NCBI GenBank assembly: GCA_028534125.1
Contig: CM052817.1
Span: 49,540,001 to 49,604,000, forward strand
From: Lama glama
Lineage: Eukaryota
Direction of reading: 5' to 3'
Length of the DNA: 64,000 nt
Part shown: one piece after another, positions 12,061 to 36,396 of the stretch
Numbering within the stretch: position 1 is the stretch's first letter
How the letters are laid out: each line of letters begins with the position of its first letter
Notes under the pieces: generated by a model
What the model was told of the DNA's origin: nothing
The model's input: the letters and a program-made list of their open reading frames with translations, nothing else
The model's database searches: none
Translations under genes and position numbers: made by a program

Positions 12061-14018
12061 TTTCACATAACCCCCAAATGGCCCTGGAATCATCCTGGGG
12101 AATATATATTTAAAATATCATCCTTTGTTATTTTAATTACCGTATTTTGTATAGGATTTACGACTGGACTAGGAAAGCTCTATCATACTTACCTTTGGAA
12201 ATGCCTGGATATTTGGCTTTGAATCTTGGATGAAATAAGGTCAGTGGGATTTATGTGAAGTTTAAAGCCTGAAACTTTCCTGTCAACCCCTGAGCCAGTT
12301 TGATTACTGGTCCTAATTACCTCTCCTCAAAATTAAAAAACAACAAAAAAAGAAATCTTCACTAGATTATGCAATTTGAGCACAATTTCTATTCCAAGAC
12401 ATTACAAACTAGCTTTCTGGCCATTGTGCCAGATGTTTTGTTAAATACCTTAAGTACTGTCTGCTAGTGACAGAGGTAAAGTAGGTTTGTTACTGGTTTT
12501 CACTTTTCATGATTTCAATACAAGAGGAGGTTTCAGAAGAAGCTATTTTTGTAATATTTAATAGTGGTGTGTCAAGCACGTTTCAGATTTGCAGTTTATA
12601 GTAGTTAATTAAAGGATTCCAGAAAAGACAATTATATGTTATTATAATATGTTGTTTTCCCTACAATTATTATGCTTAATTATGAAAATAAAATAATTGC
12701 ATCATGCTTTCCTATGTTGTTTCCTCAATAAATTTAATTCTCTTCACTTGGAGTTTTGTCACAGTTTACACTCATGATTGAATAAACCAAACTTTATTTT
12801 AATTAAATATGAGTATATATCACAAAAGAATTCCATTGGTTCTATCTTTGGTTTCATAGGTTTATGCTCTTTAAGTCAGATCTATCTCATTTAATAAAAA
12901 AAAAAATTTTTTCAACAAGGCAGAAATCCCTAGCCAGGGTAATGAGAAATTGTCCCCCTATTTTCCTTCCCAACCATTTGATGAAAGACAAGGAATTAAA
13001 GGGCATCAAACTGAGCCATGATCAGAGCAGGTACAAGGTCTTAGTAATCAGGGAGTCTAGGAACACCTCTCTCTTCTGCTTAAAATCCTACTCCACCCCT
13101 CTTCGTCTCAATAACCTTACAGAATAAAACCTAAACTCTTTATTATGATTTGCAAATCCATAAAAAGCTTGACTCACTCTTCCAACTCATTTGTCAAGAC
13201 AATGCTCAGGTGTTACCTCTTACCAGGAAGCCTTTCCTGACATCCCCAGACTAGTGTTCCAGATAGCCCCAGGCATTCACCTATTACTGCATTTTCTACA
13301 ACATGTAAATATTATCTTTTTTGGCATCTGAATGTCCTACTAGACTGAACTTTTCACGGGCTCTTTTCTGTCGCTGTGTTCCCGGACCAGTGGCTGGTTC
13401 AATGGAGGTAATAATCCTGTCCAACTGAGTAAAACTGAAGTCACTATTAAGATCTGGCTGCTCCATGCATCGCTGTTTTTCTCTCCCATCGTTTCCTCAC
13501 ATTTAACCTGTGCTCCAATCACACTATTATCTGAAACATGCTATCTGGAGCCTTTCAAATGGTGTACTCCTTGTCTAGAATGTCCTTCTCTGATATATAT
13601 ATTTTTTTCTGGTAAACTCCTACCATCTTTTAAAAATTAACCCACAACTTAATGAAACTTAATCCACTGTGTCCTCATGGATTTTGTGCTTACTGTCATC
13701 AAGCCATCATCTCATCCTGGAAAGTTCTACAAAGCCAATAGTTTATTTTTAGCCAGTATTAATTTGACCCTAACTCCCTGAGAACCTGTATTTTATTGCC
13801 AATTCCTCCTTTTTCCCTCTACTCAGATCTGTATCAAAGATAAATTTTTATTTCATTTCAACAAGTATATTTAAAATGTTTAATTATATTATCAATGGAT
13901 TAATACATTATCCTTGTGAAAATAATAAACCCATTATAGATCAGGCTAAAATTTCTTTAGTCATCATTTTCAATTCTGGTCTCTTTTCTTCTCCTTGAGG
14001 GTAAGCATTGTTTTGGAT

Positions 14019-14103
14019 TTTTTTTTTTACAATTCCTTTTTATTTGGGGGGGGTAGGTTTTTTTTTTAATGGAGGTACTGGAAATTGAAGCAGGCACTCT
14101 ACT
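14019..14103 (-). mobile_element. Degraded, internally deleted Vic-1-like tRNA SINE
   Basis: T tract plus 'gggggggtagg...tttaatggaggtactggaaattgaa...cactctac', resembling the fuller copy at 35052-35168. Confidence 0.55.
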
Positions 14104-14263
14104 ATGTATCTCTTCATAAATAAATATACGGATTTAAGTGCATATATTAGCACTCATTAAAATGTAAAGTATTATTTACTCTTTTAATTATTAATGATGT
14201 CATATTGAATTATTATTCTGCATCTCTAATTCTTCTTACAGTTTTTCTATATGCATCCACTAC

Positions 14264-14845
14264 TGTATCAGTCAGAGTTCAGAGTAGAAAAGACGTTTTT
14301 AAGAAGAAAGAAATTTGAAGTAGGAAATCAGCATACTTCAAAAATTGTCAGAGTGCTGGTTGTGCAGGCCCTGGGCTGAGCTTCAAGGATGATCCACAAA
14401 ACACTAGAGAACCAACACCCAGGGGAAGAGACTGCACCTGGCAATGCTGAAGTCAATCCAGGGACCAGTAAGACACCAGCACCAGTGATATTACTACCAC
14501 AGCCTCCTGACACCCATGAACTGCTCTGGTCTCTGTCTACTCTAAAACTGTTTCTTAGCCCCCGGAAGCTGGAGAATGGAAACTGGAATGTTGTTGTAGA
14601 ACAGAATACCCTCCTGACCTATTACCAGCATAAATCCCAAAGCAGCCTCATTTCTGCCTTAAACGACATTCTTCCCTTCAAGTTTCATATGAGTGCATCC
14701 AGCTGGCAGAATCTATTTTGCATTCAGAATCCTAAAGGCATGGCCATCTTGGAGATGTCATTTTTAGCTTTCTAATCCCTACAGCATAGAAGGGGACCTG
14801 AGAATGAATGATCAGTGGGGCCAACTCATCTTATCTATTATTACC
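14264..14845. mobile_element. Probable MaLR/ERVL-type solo LTR (approximate end)
   Basis: Begins 'tgtatcagtcagagttc', a typical MLT terminus; the body is GC-richer than its L1M-like flanks. Confidence 0.45.
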
Positions 14846-16919
14846 TCATTCCTTTCAACAGCTGAATAATATTCCACTATACCAGTATAACATACCTTAA
14901 CTGTTCCTCTGCTAATTAACATTTTGTTTCCATTTTGTTTTTGTTATTGAAAACATTATAATAAACATCCTTATATATTTCTGTTTCAGTACATGTGCCA
15001 GGATGAATATCTACATATATATTTAGAAGTGAAATTGCTTATAGGAGATAGTTTTAAAATTAAATAGTTGATGCCAAGCTGCCCTCTAAAGTTGCTGACT
15101 CAATTATGATTCCTACTGCCAACATATGAGAGTCTATTTCCCCACACACTTACCAAATAATGAAATATTATCTTTAACTTTTAATTTTAGTAGTGTTATA
15201 TTATTTTAATGTATGTTTTAATAATTATTGATGGATGATATTAAGCGTCTTTTTATATATTAATTTCCATCTCTGTTTCTTCTGCGAATACTCTATTAAA
15301 ATCCTACCTACATTTCATAATGCGTTTTTAATATATTTTACTGACTTTTGGGAGGTCTATGTGTATTTGGATGGTAATCATTTTATCGAAGCGTATAACT
15401 TATTTGCTGAATATCTACTGGATACTAAAACTCTGATGGTCATTATGAAAAACAATGAAAAAGAAGGTATAGTTTGTGCCTTCGGGTTCAACCAGCTTAC
15501 ACTTTCACTGATGTGACAGGACCATCCACAGAACAGTTTTAAGTAGAAATCAATATAATATAGCAGATTATTAAATCCAAAATGAGTACTGATGACAGTA
15601 AATACTAGAGGCCAGAAAAAAAAAAGATCAAAGAGGATAATGCTTTACAAAGAAGGCTTTATGAAGGAAGTGGCAATTAGGTTGGACCATGAAGAATGAA
15701 TAAACATTGGATGGTAGAAATGGCAGTCCTGGGAGAATTAAACGACATGAATAAAAAGTTGGAGTTAGGAAAGCACTTGCCATCCAAGGAACAGAACTGT
15801 CAGAAATGACTCAAGTAAATTCAAGCTTTAGGTAGTCATTGTTAGGGTAACACAAGTCCTGGGCATTGTGCCAAGCACTTAGCATACATGGTCTCAGCTG
15901 AGACATACCTTACATATACAATCTTGCTAGACGCCATTTTTACCTGTGAGAAAGTTGAAGCTCAGAGAGGTTTGTGTCAAACAGCTAGTACTAGTGGGCC
16001 TGGCATTGGGGTAGAGGTCATGCCCTTTCTGTTACACCATGTTACACCATGCTATTATGCGGCAATAAAGAAAGAAGGAAATGGCATTCTAAAAAGCCTT
16101 GAATATCAACCAGAGAAGTTTGTATTTTATCCTGAAAGCAATTGAGAGTTTTGATGATTTTTTGAATGAAGAAATGTCATGAGTATGTGTTTTAGGAAGA
16201 TGTATCTTGCCAATTAATGTCATCATCAGTTCTGTATTCAGAAGCCTCCTCCTCAGAGAGACCTCTCCTGACCCTCTTAAAGAGAGGCCCCCCACTTTCT
16301 ACCCAATTATTCTGCTTTATTTCCTTCATAGCATGTATAAGTATCTCATATTAAATGAAATATTTACTATGTTTTGAGTGTTTGTCTGTCTTTTCCATTA
16401 GTGTGTCAGCTCCATAAAGGCAGGAATTTTATTATATCCATTGTTGTATTTCCACTACTAGGAACAATGGATAGTTGCAGGAAGTACATGGCAAATATTT
16501 ATTAAATGAGTGAATGGAGAAATTGGATGGTTAAAGATATGAAATATGATGCCAAGACTATAGATATTTGTATCCAAAATATCTAAATGATGTCCTGATT
16601 TTTTGTTTTTGTAAGAATTTGGTGTGCCATCCAAAAACAAAATGCATACTCACTTAGTAAAACAACTCGACTGGATCAATTAGTTCCATTTCCTTTAAAG
16701 AATCACCAAAATAGAACCGATATTTCTTATACCATAACCTACCTCCAGTAAATCCATTTCTACAAAAGTATGCAGAGTCCCAGGGAGAATGTTTAGATTA
16801 AGCATGTTTCAAATGAGTAATGCTATGGCAGAATTATTGTATTAAAAAAACAATGTATATTGAAGTCATTTGTCCGAGACTGCTCTGGTGGGTACAGCTG
16901 GTTTCACTGGGGAGGAGCT

Positions 16920-17270
16920 CTGTGAAAGGGGTGGATGGAATCTGAGTCAGAACACTGGTTCACCAATTCGTGGTGGTATTTCTTGGGTGGACCTGTCAGG
17001 CAACCAATCCAGCTTATGTCTAGTGTCTTTTTTTAAGTATTCATTCAAAGAGAATTTTCATGTCTTCCTTTAAGCCACAGATCCACAGCTGTCATCAACA
17101 CTTGTTAAACAAGTTTCCTTTTAATTGCTTTCTGCTATTGCACCCAGCCCTTAAAATCCCAAGTATCACTGTGGTTAGTACATTTACCTGAGAACCACTG
17201 ATCAGGACAAAAGAAGTACAGAAGTTTCCTTTATCATTATTAACATCAACAGCCATTATATCAGCACATT
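16920..17270 (+). promoter_or_regulatory. Putative promoter/5'UTR of the TMPRSS11BNL-like gene
   Basis: Directly upstream of ATG 17271. Contains AP-1 TGAGTCA (16943-16949), GGGTGG boxes, AAACAAGTTT (17107-17116) and TATA-like CTTAAAA near 17150. TSS unknown. Confidence 0.5.
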
Positions 17271-30296
<13,026 letters not shown>

Positions 30297-30984
30297 GGGA
30301 AACACATCTTGTAGCCACTCTTTTATCTCATTTTTGCCTACTACTTCTAAGCCTTATTTAATATTCATTTTAAATTGGTATGTACAATGGCTGTTTTGAA
30401 AGAATTGTGGTCCTAAGGGAATATTTATGAACTTTAACTTTAAGCAGACTCTACAAGATAAGAAATCTCATGTTTAGTTGACAAAAGCCTAAGTAAAGAA
30501 AGTGCTCCTATCAGTCATGTACTATTACTATCTGTTTTCTATCTCATGAACCCATATCATGGTTATCTCACCACAGCATAAAGCTCATGGTTTTAGTCAT
30601 TCAGACTTTCTGTAATTACGAAAGTAAATCCTTGTCTGTTGCAAGTTAACAGGCAGCACTTGAGAGGCCAGAACCAATTACCTTCCGAGGGTTGGTTTGG
30701 AACATGCTGCATCTGCCTTCATTTCATAGCTTTTGTGGAAGGGGTGTAGTTGTGAACTGAATCTGGTCTGAATTTAGGCACTGACTTAGCCTCCTATTTG
30801 TAGCGGGGTCTTGATCAACTCTTGTAATCACTGAAAGAATTTCACCATCAGCAAAACAACATGTTTTCTTGCAGAGATCAGGTACGCTAATTCTTCAGTG
30901 TTGATACACTGTAGAGAATCTGTGGAGATTCTTTATTTGTAAGATACAAAAAGATGTAGCTATGAACCATGAAAATGTACTTTA

Positions 30985-30990
30985 ATTAAA
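30985..30990 (+). terminator. Candidate poly(A) signal (ATTAAA) of the TMPRSS11BNL-like gene
   Basis: No AATAAA seen between the stop codon and this site; a T/GT-rich tract follows about 40 nt later. Confidence 0.35.
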
Positions 30991-31029
30991 ACGAATTTAA
31001 AAGCAACCTATCTTTGTTCAATATGAAAA

Positions 31030-31880
31030 TTTTCTTTTCATTTCTTTGTTTTGTTTTTGTTTGTTAATTTTCTTGAGTCGTTTGCAGATGGCTTTTTCTC
31101 TGTTATTTTTTCCACTTGGTCCATGGCTTGGGAGAGGGGTCCATGGTGATTAAAAAGCTACCTTTGAAGCTAGAGGGAGGCGCTCAGGCAGGCCAGGGGG
31201 AAGCAGCGGGTGGGTCCTCAAAGGCCACTGGGCGCGGGAGGCTACTAGTGACACTTAAGGACGATAGGTTGGGGCCCAACAGCCTGTGGGGTTTGGTCAG
31301 GTGGTCGCCCATCTTCTGGAGGAGTTTCAGCTCTGGGCCTAGGAAATGGCTCTCTAGGAAGCCACAGAGGTGGCAGGCAGAGCCCAGGAATGTTTGTCTC
31401 CCAGGCCAAGGCAGCTTCCACGGCTGGCAGGTTGCCGCCCCGCGCATTCCCACGCATGGCTCCTCGTCTTCCTGGACAAGGGCTCGGTTGCTGCGCAGGT
31501 TTTCCGTCTTCCAGAGACGCGGGGCGGCTGTCGCTTTTCCTCGGCCAACTCGCGTTAGCAGCCATCAGGGCTTGTCCTGCATTGGGTATGGAGCACCAGA
31601 GGGAGGGAAGGAGGAGGGTAAGCTAGGCCTCCAGGTGCCGGTTGACCAGGTGCTGGTTGACCAGGTGCTGACAGCGGCCTCTAACCTTGGAGGAGTACGT
31701 CTACTTGATGTAGCTCATGGTTCGTTGGAGCCAACTACACACAGAATGGTATTAGCGGGTCTCAGAGGTGGACGATGGAATGGCCGAGGCGATGGTTCCA
31801 GAAGCAGCGGCTGGGGGCTGAGGAGGAAGCTGAGGGTGTTCAAAGTCTGGCGGGATGGTTCCGTCCTAGCAGGAGACATA
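31030..31880 (-). pseudogene. FTL: Ferritin light chain processed pseudogene (5'UTR, disrupted CDS 31718-31245, 3'UTR, decayed A tail); probable positional counterpart of human FTLP10
   Basis: Intronless. The minus strand gives aaccATGAGC, LAEEKR, HLCGFLESHFL..ELKLLQKMGDHLT and LK.H* in different frames, then 3'UTR 'aagccatggaccaagtggaaa' and an A-rich tail. Stop at codon 6 (MSYIK*) plus frameshifts. No TSD recognised. Confidence 0.92.
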
Positions 31881-33949
31881 TCCACACCCTGTCCTTATAG
31901 CTGGCTGTTTTATAGGGAGAAATATTATTTGCCATATTCTTGGACTCACAATTTGTGGACGTGAGCATAGTGTCCTGTTTTATGAACTGTACAGTCCTCA
32001 CAAGTTAAGTAACTTCAGTTTGTAATATTAATTTTTTTAACTCAAATTTACTGAAAATTTGGCTTAGAGTCTTCACAATAGTTCTTATACAGAGGATTTA
32101 AATTTTATATAATCTCCAATTACCTGGATTGTACAAAGATAAAATAATTTACCTACTGAATTTTATCCACTCAGAAAATATGAATTTTACTCACTCTACT
32201 GATATCATTTTTCTATCAAATATCTGAATAAGTAAGTACCTATCATATGCAGCCATATAATGGAGTTGTCCTAAATTTCACAAATTTGTTTTTAAATGGT
32301 ATTTTTCAGTTCTTTTCTATCATGTGTAATCCTAGTTTCCTAAAATTTTCAAAGACCAACATCTCTTAAAGAAGTCTCAGCATATTAAATTCTAGTTAAC
32401 TTCCTTGATATTTAACCCACTGTCATAATTAACATCAAATACTGCATCACCATCATCATCATCAATTAAACGATAAAGCTTAACATTTAGTGAGTCCTTA
32501 CTATATGCGATTCTAATAATTTTACATGTATTGTCCCAATCAATCCGTATGTCCTATGAAGTACCCTACTATTATCCTAAATTTACAGGTGAAGGAATTG
32601 AGACAGGAAGACATTAAAAACCTTGCGGAAAACTCAGAATAACACCCACTGTACATCATTCTGCCTCAGTCCATCACAGAAATTCATAATAAGGAAGTGA
32701 CTTTGACCAGAGATGTTAAGAGTTTACATTTTTGTGTGCCTTTTTACACTGGGGTAACCTTCCTGACAACTGCTCCTGTGAGCCATCTAAGAAAGAGGAA
32801 AAATAACAAAAGCAATAAAACTACCTTCTTTCAGGAGGATGATGAAGGGTTTAAGTAGAAACTGGATATCTACTCATCCGGAGGGGGCATAAAGATTTCA
32901 AAGATTTGGTTTTTGAAGTATAGGTGGAATTATAAGTGGAGAAGAGTGATACTAGTGACCATTAAGGTTTTTATTAATTCTGTAATTACATGTTTCTAAG
33001 ACTTCAGATGCAGCTTCCGCAATAGTTGAATTGTTTAACATGAACCCTTGTCAGAACCCCATTTTGGACTTAAAATCTTCTTTGCTCCCCTGTGTTTAAT
33101 GAGGGCTAGAGTTTATTAATGTGGAATAATAAATTTCATTTTTTGTAAAAAATCAACTTATTACAAATAAATGTGCATCTCAATTTTTAATGCAAAATGA
33201 AAAGAGCTTTATGGAGCCTCATTGACAAATCATTTCAGCTTTTAAATACATGTTACTTATACTATATTCCATATTTTATTAAATATAAGTTTGTTAATGA
33301 CAAACTTTATAATGGGAAGTAACAATGCAGAAGCAGCTGCTTTATATATAAAATTTTATTGGCTATTTTTTTAAATCAAGTGCTGCCAGTCAGCATAATT
33401 TCAACTCATACTGTATTCAAAACAGATGGAAAATTCTGTGAATATTTTTAAATGATGGAGTTACCATAAACAAAAAGTTAGAACTTAGAATATACTTAAA
33501 GTATATTCTAATTTCTGGTAACTTAAGAAAAAGAACTACTAATTTGGTTCCTTTATCTATGAAATGATAATTTAAAATTTGTTTTCTGATAGTCTTGATA
33601 TTATCATTATGTTAAGAATAGTGCAAAATTTGGCACAGGTAGTTTTGATTAGAAACATTTACCTTAAATATTTCATATAAATTAATTAAATGTGCATAAC
33701 AACACTCATGCAGTTAAAAGGAAGTTAAAAAGGAAGTTTCAAATGTAAGTGTTTTGAACATTTATGGCAATGTATATTATGTATTACACACTAAAATATT
33801 GTACTTTCAAGATACGAGATTAAGAAAAGGAAACCAATGATGACTTGAAAGGATTATGCCTGGTATTCATTCAGTTTGTGCCAGAAGAAATCAAACCTCA
33901 GAGAGTTCACTGTCTGCCAAGTCTGGAAACTTGATGTCTGGTCAATAAT

Positions 33950-34149
33950 CATCACACACTTATTGAAAGTGTGTGTGAAAAATACAGTGATACAGTTGAC
34001 TCCTGATAAAGTTTCATTCCAGTGCCTTGCTAAGGTGCTAGCAGTTTTCACCACCACTACTTTTACACCATTGGTTTGATTTCACAGACCTCTTTGAAAG
34101 GGTCTCAGAGACTCTCTAGGGTCAGAAGACCACACTTTCAAAACCTCTG
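33950..34149 (-). mobile_element. hAT-Charlie (Charlie1-like) DNA transposon end; may extend further left
   Basis: Reverse complement reads 'cagaggttttgaaagtgtggtc...gagaccctttcaaagaggtctgtgaaatcaaa', a Charlie1-type terminus that shares sequence with the copy at 55645. Confidence 0.65.
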
Positions 34150-34455
34150 ATCTGTGCTAATTGTTGTAAAGGGAAGTGTACATAACCAATACCCACAAAA
34201 TAATCTTATCAATACATAAATAACCAAGAATAATTCATTCATATATCTATATATGACAGAAGCACGTGGAAGAGGCAACTAACTCAGAAAGGAGGTGTGG
34301 CAATCAAAGATTTATTAGAGAAAGTGCCCCGAGGATAAGCCCTATAAAATGAACAAGAGGGTAAGACTTCTTGGTAAAGGCGTGGAGGTACATGGGAAAG
34401 ACATCCCAAACAGAGAAGACACACTGTCAAACACCGTGACTGAATAGAGTATCCG

Positions 34456-34800
34456 TGCATTAGTCAGGACAGGCTAGACTGCACCGTGCTAGCACACACC
34501 TAAATCTCCACAGTTTAACACATCAAAATTGACTTCTCCCTCATAGACTATTTCCAGTAGGATGACTCTCCAAGGCAGCTGGATCAGCAACCCGGGCTGC
34601 TTTTGCCTTGTGGCTGTGCCATGTGAACATGTGGCCTCCATACTCCATGGCAGAGAAGGAGAGAGCTGCTAGTAGCTCCACTAACAGAACTGAACAGATA
34701 TCCACTAATGCTCCTGGACCAGTAACCATAACCCCTCAAACGGCCCCTTCTAACTTAAAGGGGCTGAAAAATGTGAGCAAACACTTGGACATTTTGAGAC
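34456..34800. mobile_element. MLT1-like MaLR solo LTR
   Basis: Starts 'tgcattagtcaggacaggctagact...aaatctc...gtttaacaca', an MLT1J/K-type terminus. Confidence 0.55.
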
Positions 34801-35051
34801 CCATATATTTCTCTGGCCTAGCCTATTTCTTTAAAACAGACCCCTGGCACTAATTTCTACTCCTACCAAGAACAGAGAGCTTCTAAAAGTAAGAGTTAAG
34901 GGCTCTGTTAATCAACCAGAATGATGACTAATAGGAAGATTCAAGCTGTAGCTTCTGATCAAAAATGAGTAGAAGCAGAGGTGGAGACCTCAAAGAAGGG
35001 AAAGAGAAGCAGGTACTATACAGAGAGAAGACTAGAATTACACAAATTTAT

Positions 35052-35168
35052 TTTATTTTATTTTTAGGATGGAAGTAATTAGGTTTTTATTTATTTTTAA
35101 TGGGGGTTGAACCCAGGACCCTGTGCGTGTTAGACACATGGTATACCAATGAGCTATATCCTCCCCCC
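35052..35168 (-). mobile_element. Vic-1-like camelid tRNA-derived SINE with TSD
   Basis: Minus strand has a tRNA-like head (gggggaggatatagctca A-box; gggttcaacccc B-box) and an 'aaacctaattac' A-rich tail. Flanks 35034-35051 and 35169-35186 match at 16/18 bp. Confidence 0.8.
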
Positions 35169-35872
35169 AGAATCAAACAAATTTATATCATAATGTTAAG
35201 AGAAAAAAGTTATACAAAACTACTATGTAGTTTGTCTCTACTGTATAAAATATGAACAAAAAAGACTAAAAGGAAATACAGGACGATTTCAACAGTTAAT
35301 TCTGGTGATTTTTATATTTTCCATAATGAGCATGGTTACTTTATAACCAAAGGAAAAACTTAAGCTTTGTTAAAAATGCCAACCTAAATGGTTAATTTTC
35401 TTTAAGTCACAAGTCTGATATTGAGATGAGATATTCATTAATATGATGAATATACTTTCCCCTACCTTAAACTGGGATGTATGGCTTGATATAAAATTTG
35501 ACGAGATTGAAAATTTTGCATCAAACAGTCCTAAAAAATCGTATGACTGCACAGCCACAAAGAAATGAAAAGCTATAATTATGTTTCTTTAAGCTCAAAT
35601 GGGACATATTTATATGTGATACATACAATATACAGTCTTGCCCTCCACAATGTGTTACTGAAATTTATGTTAATCCAGTTTTTATAAACTGAATGTTTTA
35701 ACTTACCAAAATAGCTTAGTATTTGAATAATGAATTATTTTGAATTATTTTTCTGTATAAACTATGTCTACACACATACATTTGCTTAAAAGATAATAAG
35801 TATTTAATTTTTACCTCTGAAATCTGGACTTTTTTTTTTCTTTGCGAGCAGAACACCTATGTTTTATCATTT

Positions 35873-35891
35873 CTCCCAGCAGAGGGCGTTA
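35873..35891 (+). promoter_or_regulatory. Candidate CTCF binding site
   Basis: CCAGCAGAGGGCG (35876-35888) matches the CTCF core CCASYAGRKGGCR, with its CpG retained in AT-rich DNA. Confidence 0.55.
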
Positions 35892-36396
35892 CAACCCAAG
35901 TATCAGGCCTCTCAAATTTTCCATTATTGTCAAACTTGCATAGTTACTTGACAGTTCTCATGAAGGGGCAAAGTATAGTCCCACCAGGAGATAAGAGAAT
36001 ATACAAAGGAAAAACTTCCCTTTCAATCCTTATTTCGGGTAATAAACAAGGAGTATAAACTGAGATGATGTGTGCATATTCTTATCAATTTGGACCAGGT
36101 ATCAAAATGTATGGAGGTAACTAACAGCCCAGAGGACAATTTTTAATGAGCGTGGTATCACATCTAAAGGAGGTTAAAAATGGGAAGACGCACAGATTAA
36201 GTTCTACTTTTAAAATTCACTTTTGCAAAGGACAGTATCAAGTTCCATGATAAATATATATGCATTATGTAATGGATTCCACTGTAGAAAACATATGATC
36301 TAGTGAAGTATTAGTGAAAGTATAAATGCACAGCAAACTCAGATGCAAGCTAACTGGAGTAAGTGCCAGTTTTAGATGTTTAAACTGCATTTCACA

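Noticed and set aside
14389..14775. 128-aa ORF between the two protease genes
   Set aside because: Lies within a probable MaLR LTR and has no recognisable homology.
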